Of a stretch of DNA of 64,000 nucleotides, positions 1-10,600 are shown piece by piece. The DNA is taken from contig DF237043.1 of the NCBI GenBank assembly GCA_000708835.1, positions 1-64,000 on the forward strand, written 5' to 3'. The DNA comes from Klebsormidium nitens. Its lineage: Eukaryota > Plantae > Klebsormidiophyceae. Positions within the stretch are counted from its first letter, which is position 1, and each line of letters opens with the position of its first letter. The notes below the pieces were generated by a model, which was not told where the DNA came from, did no database searches, and saw nothing but the letters and a program-made list of their open reading frames with translations. Position numbers and translations under genes: made by a program.

Positions 1-198
1 TCCAACCGGTCCCCTTCCCCCATGCCTTTGCCTCCTCCTGTCCTCGCTCCGACCCCTCGCCCTCCCAGCTCCTCCATGCAAACCAGTGGCCGCGGCTTGA
101 ATACTCAGTGCTGGTCCTGTGGCCAGTTTGGTCACATCGCTCCCAACTGCCCCAACACAGCCAGCATAGCAGCCAACGCGGGGAAACGGTACTACTAA
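1..198 (+). CDS. Gag-like ORF1, C-terminal fragment with CCHC zinc knuckle
   Basis: Frame +1 reads SNRSPSPMPLPPPVLAPTPR...CWSCGQFGHIAPNCP...GKRYY* with a CX2CX4HX4C knuckle at 109-150 and TAA at 196-198. Confidence 0.85.
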   Translation, partial: SNRSPSPMPLPPPVLAPTPRPPSSSMQTSGRGLNTQCWSCGQFGHIAPNCPNTASIAANAGKRYY

Positions 199-958
199 GT
201 GTCCGGAGCTTTCGGTGCTAGCCAGTGATAGAGGATTGTACTCTCAGAGTTAGCCAGAGGCCATGCAGTTGGGTAGCTTGGGACTCTGCAGTAGTTGGTA
301 ACGGTTCCTCAAGACTTGATCAGGCTCCTGTTAGCATTTGGACCTTTGCTTCGGAACATTAGCATTCAGAGTAATTTGCAGAACAGATACTCATTGATTC
401 AACAATGTTCAGTTCATTCGGCAATTTAAGTCCTTGTTCTTCAATAAACCCTTGTGTTGCATCCTTCGCGCATGCATTCTCGATTGATGATTATGTCCTT
501 CACATCTAACTTTCTGCTCTGTTCATATTATGCACCTAGCAGTCCTTTCCTTGCAGTCAATTTGCTCTTCTTCAGATCAAGAGTTTGTTTCTTCTTTCGT
601 GCTATTTCGGGGCTGCAGATTCTTTGATCTCCCTATTCGTTCTTTTCGTTTCTCCCTCTCCCAGCTCTTCTTGTGAATTTCCTTTCAGGAGTTTGTTAAC
701 GATTAACGTTCACGTTTTCTCTCATTCATCTCTCTTTGCTTAGCAGATGCAGTCTGCCAGGGGTGGCGTCTTTTATTCCACTTTTCTCTTTTTACTGTTC
801 ACGTTAACGATTCACGTTATTGTTAACGTTCTCTTTCTTCCTTTCCTTCATTTTGCTCGGGCAACACTCCACTCTCTAATTCCTTCTCCTGTTTCTTATC
901 TCTTTTCCGCGCTCCTTTTGGCCTTTCATTTTCTCATTTCTGTTCGTTTGTTTCGCAG

Positions 959-2997
959 CCTCCGACGAATCCCTTCATAAGCTCGCTGATCTCACGGAAG
1001 CTGCCGAGTTTGAGGGCTTTAGGGACCCTGCTAAGAACACTGCTTCCAAGTCAGCTGCCAACAAATCTGAACCGTGGCTGCGCCACAGGCTTCGGCGTCA
1101 CGCTCAGTTTTGGCAATCCTTTGTTACTTCGAGCTTTGTTCTTGGAATCATTCTCTCAGGGTACGCTCTCCCCTGGCTTTCCTCCCCTCCTTCTGAGCCA
1201 CACCGTCAGCGGAACCATCCTTCCGCCTTCGAGCACGCGGACTTCGTCTCCGACGCAGTCAACACGCTGCGAATTACCGGGACAATCCTGCCCGTGGATC
1301 ATCCTCCGTTTGTGGTCAGCCCGCTGGGGGTGGTGCCAAAAGCCGAAGATAAGCTTCGTCTCATTTTGGATCTGCGTTTTCTGAATTCCTTCCTACAAGT
1401 ACCAAAGTTCAAGTACGAGTCTCTCCGTCTCGTTTCAGAGCTTTGTCTTCCCCACGACTTTCTGTTCACCGTAGACCTGAAAGCCGGCTATCACCATATC
1501 GACATCTCTGAGCCTGATTGGAAGTTCCTAGGTTTCCAATGGCAGGGCCAGTACTACGTTTTTACTCAACTTCCGTTCGGCTTAGCCCCAGCCTGTTATG
1601 TTTTCACAAAAGTTATGCGCCAGCTGACTCAGTCTTGGCGCGCACGCGGTTACAAGCTTGTGCACTACATCGACGACTTCTTTTTCACCTGCCGCGACGC
1701 AGCCGAGTTCGCCAGGGTGCAAGCCTCAGTTTTAGCGGATTTAGCAGCTGCAGGGTTAGTCGTGTCTTTGGAAAAGTGCCAGCTCAGCCGCAGCCATGTC
1801 GTCAAGTTTCTAGGTTTCGTCGTCGACACCCTGTTTGGCCAGTTCCGTCTAACCGCTCTCCAGAAACAGAAGCTCCAATCAGCTATCCAAGCTTGCCTCA
1901 ATCAGCCTCTTGCAGTTCCCGCTAAGCTCCTCGCTCGCGTAACTGGCATTATCAACTCTTTCTCTCTAGTTACAGGCCCTATCTCTGGCCTCTTCTCTCG
2001 CTCGCTCCATCGCTCTCTCGCAACCCGTTCTTCCTGGTACAGCAAGGTTTCTCTAGACTCTGCAGCGCTTGCAGAACTTCGGTTCTGGCAGTCTCGCCTT
2101 CATCTTTACCAGAGTCGCGATATCTGGCGTCGCCATTCCATTCTGCGCGTTATTCATTACGATGCGGGCGGTCAGGGCTGGGGTGGACACTTAGAGATCG
2201 GTCGTGAGCGCCATGAGGCGCACGGAGCTTGGGCAGAGCACGAAGTTCATGGCGTCACGTCTTCCACGTGGCGCGAGCTGACAGGCCTCTTACACCTTCT
2301 TCGCGCCTTTCGTCCTTTCCTCTCCGACTGCTCAGTTCTCGCGCGTGGCGATGCTCTGAACGTGTTTACGATCCTCTCTAAGGGCGGCTCAGCCAAGGAG
2401 CATCTTCAAGCGGTCTGCCTTCAGCTTTTTACCTTCTGCGCGGAGAACCGGATCGAGTTGCGCCCCGAGTGGCTTCCCCGCGAAGAGAACGTTCGCGCAG
2501 ACTACCTTAGCAAAGTGCGCGATGTCGACGACTTTAGCCTTTCCTCTGCTAGCTTCGCCTTCGTCTCCCAGCAGTTTGGCCCGTTCACAGTAGACCGTTT
2601 TGCTAGCACGCATAACGCTAAGCTCCCTCGTTTCGACGCTTTCTTCTGGTGCCCTGGTGCGGCGGCTGCGAATACGTTCACGCAAGACTGGGGGCCGCCT
2701 GAGCGTAACTACTGTTTCCCGCCTCCGGGTTTAGTCGCGCCCGCGCTTCGACACGCGCGCGCGTGCCGCGCGCGCATGACGCTGGTCGTTCTGGGGTGGC
2801 GCTCTGCCCCGTGGTGGCCCCTGCTCTCCGGAAGTGTCGCGGCCGGCCGCGGCTTCGCCCCGTTCGTGCGTCGGCACCTGCACTTTCCCAAGGGTCGCTC
2901 CGTTCTAGTTCCCGGGCGCGCTTCTCGTGACCAGTTCGTCGGTACGGGTGTCCCGATCTCCGACGTGTACGTTCTCGACTGCGACTTCTCCGCCTAA
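959..2997 (+). CDS. DIRS Pol: reverse transcriptase, RNase H and adenine-methyltransferase-like domain (start probably supplied by splicing)
   Basis: Frame +1 is open from 880 to TAA at 2997. It contains the DIRS N-terminal RLRRHAQFW...GYALPW, RT motifs DLKAGYHH, LPFG and YIDD, RNase H motifs YDAG/RELTG/NVRADYLS, and MT-like DRFAS...CFPP...WWPLL. The first in-frame ATG is at 1615, inside RT. A 3' splice acceptor ends at 958. Confidence 0.92.
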
Positions 2998-3053
2998 GGT
3001 CAGTTCCTTACGCACCGTTTTTAACCTTTCTTTCTTTCATTTCTTTTTCGCAG

Positions 3054-4120
3054 ATTGGTTCACCTTCGACAGCTGGGACCTCCCTGCCGCCGGCCTTTCC
3101 ACGTCTGATCCCGAACTCGCTCACCTTTCAATCGACCTTCATGATGCTGCGCTCGTCTGCCGCGCTCCCGGTACTTTTCAACAGTACGCTGGCCCGTGGC
3201 GCAAGTACAAAGCTTGGTGTGCCGAAAAAGGAGTCTCTGCGCTTCCGTCAAAGCCCCTTACTGTCGCCCTGTACATGATGCGCCTGCTGCGCACCGCCAA
3301 TACGCCTTCACCTCTCAAAACTTTTTCGGGAGCCGTCTACTTCAATCACACCCTCGCTGGCTTACCCTCTCCGACCAACCACCCGATCGTTCGCATGGCC
3401 AGAGAAGCTGCCCGCCGACTTAAGATCGCCGGTCAAAACCAGAAGCGCCCGTTCTTAGCATCCCAGATCCGTCGGTTGTTTTCGATCTGGGCCGGTGACA
3501 CTGCAACCCTGCACAGCCTGATGAAACTCACCGCAATCGTCTTGTGCTACACCTCTTTCTTTCGATACGACGACTTAGTCGCCGTCCGCTGGCAGGACAT
3601 CAAATTCCTCCCGTCACACGCAGAGCTTTTTGTCCCGGAGAGTAAAACTGATCAGTACCGTCAAGGGGATTCTGTTTTCATCGCGCGCTTGGGTGGCCAG
3701 TTTTGCCCGGTCGGTTTGATTGAGCGCCTTCTTCAAGTCGGACAGTACCGTCTCTTCGGGCCCGGTTCTCTCATCCGTTCTTCCCTGGTGTGCCCACCTA
3801 CCCAGCGCCTGAAATCAAACGCGCCCTGCTATAGCACCGTCTTGAGTTGGTTCAAGGAGGCAGCTTCTTTGCTCGGCTTAAACCCTGAGTTTTACGGGAC
3901 GCACTCTGGCCGGCGCGGGGGCGCGACCGGCGCGGCCGCGCGCGAGGTTCCTGATCGCGTGTTCAAACGCCATGGCCGTTGGCGTTCTGACCGCGCAAAG
4001 GACCTGTACGTCCGGGAGACGCTCCAGGCGCGGCTGTCCACCACCCGCAACTTGGGCCTCCAGGAAGACATCCCCCTTGCCCAGCTTCACGAATTCGAGG
4101 CCGAAGCGTGTTTGCTTTGA
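3054..4120 (+). CDS. Tyrosine recombinase (YR) of the DIRS element
   Basis: Catalytic residues are present: FFRYDDL (R), SKTDQ (K), HSGRRGG (H-x-x-R), HGRW (H) and LYV (Y), plus an N-terminal TFQQY..W..Y.AWC helical domain. The first in-frame ATG is at 3275. An acceptor ends at 3053. Confidence 0.93.
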
Positions 4121-4384
4121 ACTTCTCCTAACCCCATCAGGTATGCTTCTGTCGGCTTAACCTTAACCTACTTTCTTAACCCGTGTACGCTCTCTCAATT
4201 TCAGCAGAGCCAAAAAACCTTTGCTGTCTCTATATTCTGTGAGAGCCTGCACGAGCCGACTTTGCCTATTACACTTTCTCCTCTCACTTCATCAATTCGC
4301 AGTGCTTCGCACTGCGCTCATCTATTATCGTTCTCGTTAATAGCTGAGAACTCGCCATTTCACTCAAGATCCGAGCTAGCCGGG

Positions 4385-4480
4385 CAAAAACCCTATTAGG
4401 TTAAACCAAAAGAATCACCCGCTCCGCACCCAAACCCACCCTATAACCACCAAACCAACCCTACCCGTCTCCCGGGCGTC
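4385..4480 (+). repeat. Copy of a dispersed ~100-170 bp C/A-rich repeat (MITE-like family)
   Basis: Core ACCCGCTCCGCACCC...AACCCTACCCGTC is shared with the copies at 14368 (-), 18048 (-), 36384 (+) and, weakly, 38530 (+). Confidence 0.65.
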
Positions 4481-4915
4481 TATATCCTAAGTGAAATGGC
4501 TCTTAGGTGAAATGGGAGTTACCAGAGTAAGTACGTGGCCGAGGTCGCGCGGTCGGCGCAATTAAGTAAACCCTGCGTATAGGCCCTGACCCTCTCGGAA
4601 ACCTCGTGCTTCGGTTGGGTCGCGTACCAATTCGCCCGCGGCGCATGGCTAGACAGCAGGCCGGCCGCCTACTAGTACTATCAAGCAAAGGCCTCTCGCA
4701 CACCCTGTCGCTTGACTACCAGTGTTGTGTTACGACAAGCTGCCTTCAATGTTAAATTCGCCTCATTAACCACAGGACTACTGACAACATTTGAACTCGA
4801 CTAAGCTGATTAGAGGCGGAGTTATGAGAGGGACTGAGGCACGAAAAGACTCATCACCGGTGGCTTTCCTGATTCTGTCAGCAGCGGGCGTCCAATGCCT
4901 CACAACATTTGATTA

Positions 4916-6865
4916 GCCAAAGGTGGCTTCAAGTACAAATTCTGGAACTTGGAGAACGACACAGTGAGACACCGGGAGTCGAGTGAACCCCTCCTTGGAC
5001 ACCAAGCGCAGATTCCAGAAGCAGGACCTATCAAATCGATTATGGTGGTACTTTCTTCAGTTGCCCATCCGGGGTCACTGCTTTTGCATGGCGCGATTGG
5101 CCCTGGTCTGGGAGGAGAAAGATGGTTTGGAAAGCACAGCTGCACGCAACTTGCTAGATCCCTCCGCCTCTACACTCCAACCACACCTCATCAGACCAAG
5201 CAGCGGCAAATGACGTTGGTAAGGGCTTTGGACCCCCAAAAGCCAGCCCCAAAGAAGACTGCCCGGCAGCAGCAGAGCAGCAGGTACGACTTCGAAAACG
5301 TCTCTGAGCTGGCATTCCAACCTGGTGGCAGCCTTCTCCCTAGATTTGTCAAGCATCAGATCTTCTACTTTCCATTCCCGCGGGATTGGCGAAGGCGGCA
5401 TCAAACATCGTCAGTAGGTGTTGTCAGTTTCTTTAAGGCGGATAAGGCGGACAAGGCAAGATCACTAGCCATTCCTTGCACGTTCAATACCTGCACGTTT
5501 CTCGAATGAATTGGCTGATCGTAGTTGTGATAGTCAACTTCGCTGCAGCTTCGTTCTACTTCAACAGCCCCATTCGTGCTTCTTCTGAACCGATTTTGGC
5601 ACAGCAACCTCATTGTTGGTGCTCTTATTCCGCAGCATTCCCAATCCGGCAGGGAACGGAAGAGGCCACGACTTCGTTCCGCAGGGCAGCTTTGCTGGCT
5701 ACGGCAGCATGACTTATCAGGTCAGTCCTTATCAAAGCTCTAGCATTTGGTTGCCGCTACTGCAACCTAGAACAATCGCATGGGACTGGATAGTACCAGG
5801 AGTCTGGTTGCATCCCTGATTCAAACTATATTCAAAAGATTGGAAGTATAGCGGCAACCATAAAGCTTCCTAAGGACATGAAGATGGGACTACATGCTTT
5901 AGAGAGGTCAGCTTTCTGTATTTATCTCTTGATCAGCAAGGCCTACAATTTTGGCACTGATGCTATGGTCTTCTCACGTGGACTATATTCTCCGCAGCTG
6001 CCGCATGAGGTGCCAGAAGGGGCGGTGGTTATCTCGTTCAAGCTCGCGCCGGAAGTGTCATTGGAGTGGCTGTTGCAGTTTGCAGACAATCTACAGGGGC
6101 TCCCGGGTCTTGAAGGCGAAACATTTCGAGGCGTGCTGGTTCGTCCAGATGTTTACCATGTGAGACTGTTGTGAAAGAGAAATACGTGTCTCTCAGTGTG
6201 ATTCGATGGCTCTCTGCTTTGATCGAAGGCGAGAGCCAAGCGATGTCACACTCATCTCTTGGAGGCAGAAACACTACCGTATCTTCAAGCTTTCTCCTTG
6301 ATGGCGAAAATTATCAAAGTAAGCTTTCTTGCAAGAGTTTGACAAGTTGCTCCTCCTACCCGCTCAGCTGCATCTTGCTTTTCTGGCTGAATGCTCATTG
6401 TGGTTGCTTCTGCGCAGTGGTATGCGCTTAATCCCGACCTTCTGTACAAACCGTGGGGCGAAGCATGCATGGCAGCACAGGGTCGCCTTCCGGCCATTGA
6501 TCACAAGCTTGAGGCCAACTCGAAGGTAAGCTCTTAGAGGATGAGAAGCTTTTCAGAAGTGCACGCCTTTGCTTCGTGGTGAGGAAGACGGTATTTGAGA
6601 GTTTCTTTGTCACTCATCTCGAGCGCAGACAGTGTTTAGATTTGATTCCTCTGGTTCTTGTAGTAAATTGTTGGTTGAGTTTGGTCTACTTGGAGTCAAC
6701 AGCTATTCTATAAAGTTATCATCTGTTATTATCTTCTCAGATTGCTCCATTCAAATTGAACAGGAAGATGCGGAAAGAATCGAACGTGTTCTGCGGCCTC
6801 GAACCGAAAGATTAACAAGGTATGAAGGAGACGTTCTGAGACGGAAGCTTATTATAGACGATTGA
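4916..6865 (+). pseudogene. Degenerate coding-like sequence of unknown family
   Basis: Protein-like ORF pieces recur in the same frames across stops (5476-5712 with 5878-6174; 6329-6529 with 6632-6865). No motif was recognised. Confidence 0.25.
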
Positions 6866-7610
6866 TACTTCATTAGCTTCTTCTCGTCGATCTGACCCGC
6901 TCCTGCGATGCTGCCTTCGAGCTGTCATGCGAGCTTCAAGTTGGGTACCATCATGCAGTGCACTGGTCGAGCGTAGCTCGAGCTGCGTTCAGGCTGTCTG
7001 CACGCAGCGTGTGCTCACTGATGCACAATCAAGATTGCAAAGGTACGTACGTTGCACCAGTGTATAAGCTCAAAGGATTGCGGATGTTCCTGCGGACATG
7101 GAAGCTGGCACATGGTAGTCGCCCAGGTGTTGCATGCGTATGACTGCCATGTCACTTGACAAAGATACATGATCCGGCATACAACAAACTTTTACATGGA
7201 TCGGCATAGGGACGAATGGCATGAGCGGTCCGACCGATTGCGGCGCCCTGCAAGTGTGGAGATTGCATCGCTGACTTTTTGCTTGGGGAATCCCTAATGG
7301 TTGAATTAAGCAAACTGAAAGACGCCGTCTTGCCCGGCATTAATCAGATGCATGCATGCCTGCGTGCCTGATGTGCATGCCCGACGGCGATGTGGCCAGC
7401 ACGTACTCATGCGGCAACTGCTGGTACGGGAGTGCAGCGGTCTCATCATGGAAGTCGATGTGACGCGCATACATAATTGAAAGGTGAACACAGTGCGTGC
7501 CCAATAACTCTGCACGAAGATCACATACCCAGGAGGCATGATTGAGCATGCTGCATGGCAGGCTCAGAGTTTTCAAACGGACCATATTATATGATGGTTG
7601 AAGATTCTCA

Positions 7611-10600
7611 TTATCGTCTCAACTTCTGCTTTCCGATAGGGGTTTTGTTTCGACTCAAGAATGTAAGAATGTCCTGGACGACGAAGGAGCCCCTATAGAT
7701 CGCCGGTGCAGTTTCGTTGCCAGCTGCGAAGAGCACCAGCGATGGGTACTCGAGAATCTGCAATTGAAAGCATGCGCATGTTTGCGAAGCACGATCAGTC
7801 ACATAATCCATCTTGTGGTCCGAGCAAGAAAAAAACCAAGCGACATTTCCAATCGAAAGCTGCACTTGCGTTTACAAAACAACGGCCGAATCGAGGACAA
7901 AGGGGCGACAGCAAAGAGCACAACGAGTTTCACGCTTGCAAACCCTTGGTTGGAGCTCGCTTGATCAACTTCGCATTCGTCACTGAGCACGGTGCGTACT
8001 ATGGACGCGTAGAGCCTGAATACGCTTAGGTTCTACATCAATATCTGACAATTTCGGAATCGCAAGGAAGTAAAGCTGCATTGCATCTTGCTGTAAACTT
8101 GCTGTCCGCCATGGAACCCCACCACTACCAAACTCTTAAGTTGAGAAGCGGAGCGCCTGCCGAATGCCAGTGAATTGGACTCGCCGCAAAACGTTCGGAC
8201 CAAAAGTTCGTCAAAGGTAAACATAAGCCGTACCTGAAGCCCAGTCACAGTCGCACAATCGTTCTCGTCGCAGTCCATCCGAAACACCCGTAGCCGCATC
8301 GACTCCTTCGCCCTTCCCTCTTCCCCAAGCACTCCTGCTTCCGACGCCCCACTTCGCTTTGGTGTCAAAACCCCAGCCCCTGCGCTCCCTGCCGTTCCAC
8401 TCACACCGAGTTTTTGCCCCGACTCAACCAAAAGGGCGACTTCTTGGAGGACCACCTCAGCACGCTGACAGAAGCCGCACCAGTTCGTTGTAAAAAGAAC
8501 CAGGCTGCTCGGTCCGGGGAGAGCATCCGAGTGCAAAAAGCCCCCCCCGGTAGGCCCCGCGCTCCTGGTCTTAATTCCGGGGGGGCTGGTCACCGGCGCA
8601 CTGCCGGCAGAATCTTGTCTTCGGGCAAAAAGGGTGAAAAGGCTCCAAGGTTTTACGGCACCTCTATCCGGCCTCCTCCCCCTCCCTTGGTCACGATTAG
8701 ACTCGCTCTCGGACGCCCCTTCCAGATCCCCCTCCCCGCGACTTTCAACGCTTTCTGCACTTGCTGTCCGTTTTGCAGGCTGCCCAAACACACGCGCTGA
8801 GAAGTCCGCCGCCGAAACGGGGGGGAGAGGAAACGCCGCCCTCGCGCCCTTGCGCAACCGGGGGGGCAGCCAGGGGGCCCGCTCAGACCTCAGATTGGGC
8901 TGCAGCGTACCCCCCCGAGACGAGAGCAGAAACTCCTCAATGGCCCCCTGGCTGAGGGGCCGCTCTGGGGGGTAGAAGTAAAAGGCCCCATTATCGGCGT
9001 CGATGATCGCCAACGCCGGCACGCCAACCCCGTTTCCAAGGTCGATGTCGACCCCCATGCGCCGCGGCAAGGCCTCTTCCCCGTCCATGTACACATACTT
9101 GAACTTCCCCGTTTTCCCCCCCTCCGTTCGCCCCTGCTTCTCCTCCCCCGNNNNNNNNNNNNNNNNNNNNNNNNNNNNNNNNNNNNNNNNNNNNNNNNNN
9201 NNNNNNNNNNNNNNNNNNNNNNNNNNNNNNNNNNNNNNNNNNNNNNNNNNNNNNNNNNNNNNNNNNNNNNNNNNNNNNNNNNNNNNNNNNNNNNNNNNNN
9301 NNNNNNNNNNNNNNNNNNNNNNNNNNNNNNNNNNNNNNNNNNNNNNNNNNNNNNNNNNNNNNNNNNNNNNNNNNNNNNNNNNNNNNNNNNNNNNNNNNNN
9401 NNNNNNNNNNNNNNNNNNNNNNNNNNNNNNNNNNNNNNNNNNNNNNNNNNNNNNNNNNNNNNNNNNNNNNNNNNNNNNNNNNNNNNNNNNNNNNNNNNNN
9501 NNNNNNNNNNNNNNNNNNNNNNNNNNNNNNNNNNNNNNNNNNNNNNNNNNNNNNNNNNNNNNNNNNNNNNNNNNNNNNNNNNNNNNNNNNNNNNNNNNNN
9601 NNNNNNNNNNNNNNNNNNNNNNNNNNNNNNNNNNNNNNNNNNNNNNNNNNNNNNNNNNNNNNNNNNNNNNNNNNNNNNNNNNNNNNNNNNNNNNNNNNNN
9701 NNNNNNNNNNNNNNNNNNNNNNNNNNNNNNNNNNNNNNNNNNNNNNNNNNNNNNNNNNNNNNNNNNNNNNNNNNNNNNNNNNNNNNNNNNNNNNNNNNNN
9801 NNNNNNNNNNNNNNNNNNNNNNNNNNNNNNNNNNNNNNNNTGTCTTGGCGCAGTTCCTGTTCACCCCCCGAGGGCGGCCCTCCTTCCGACAGGGCCTCGA
9901 CCGACGCCCCAAGCGCAGCCTGTTTCGCGAGGCCCTGTTGAGGGGCCTCGTGGACTTCGATCTCGAACGTGCTGCCTGCCGGCATGCCCTTGAGCCGCGC
10001 CGCCAGCTGTTCAAACAAGGCCTGCGTGTTGCCCCCCTGCAAACCGCTGGCCGCGTTCGCGAAGCCAGGCTCGCCCCCCCCCCCAAGTGCCACCACAGAG
10101 CTGCCCCCCGAAACTACCTCCTTTTGCAGCCCCGCACTCTCCGCCTCCGCCGGCAAACTCTCCACTGTTTCGTCTCTGCTTTCCGCAGGGCTTCTGACAG
10201 AGCTTGCAACTCCCGAATTGCGTGCGATCCCGTCCGCTTTCGTGGACTCAGACTCGGCAACTTGCTTCTCGGACGTCTTCTCTGCGTTGCCAGCCCCCCG
10301 GTCGGCGCCGCTGCCGTTGCCAGTAGCGCTTTTCCCGTCCTCTTTACTGTTACTTCCGCTTTCACTCTTTTCCTCCACTTCGCACCCGTTCACCTCGTCC
10401 GCTTTCGATTCAACTTCCTTGTCCGATCTATCAGAAACTGTGCCTCCAGTCTCCCCCCCTCCCCAAGGCACATCTTCGCTCGACTCTTCTCCGTTCCCCT
10501 TAGCTTCCCTACCCGCAAACTCCGCTTCTTCACCCGCAACCAAACCTTCGTCTGCGGTCTTCTCGCCAGACCCCTCGAGCCCCTCGATCTCCAACCCTTC

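Larger units (their letters stand above)
1..4380 (+). mobile_element. DIRS-type (tyrosine recombinase) retrotransposon; 5' part lies outside the window and the 3' boundary is approximate
   Basis: Domain order is gag zinc knuckle, then RT, RNase H and methyltransferase-like domain, then tyrosine recombinase, which is diagnostic of DIRS-like elements. No stops interrupt pol or YR. Terminal repeats cannot be resolved because the 5' end is missing. Confidence 0.93.

Noticed and set aside
747-980. 77-aa hydrophobic ORF starting at ATG 747
   Set aside because: Beyond the first five codons it is T-rich, intron-like sequence. It is better explained as a micro-exon plus intron than as a membrane protein.
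2927-3053. N-terminal extension of the YR ORF overlapping pol in the ORF track
   Set aside because: It has a non-ATG start and translates a polypyrimidine tract (FNLSFFHFFF); the region looks intronic.
4655-4680. Short GC hairpin followed by CTAGT (also ~12930-12955) as a Helitron 3' end
   Set aside because: The stems are only 4-5 bp, the spacing to CTAG is atypical, and there is no 5' TC end or Rep/helicase sequence.
8890-10086. Long ORFs 8890-10086, 9003-9941, 44862-46217, 45009-46109 and 45053-46141
   Set aside because: Their length comes from reading through N gaps; only the real exons within them are supported.
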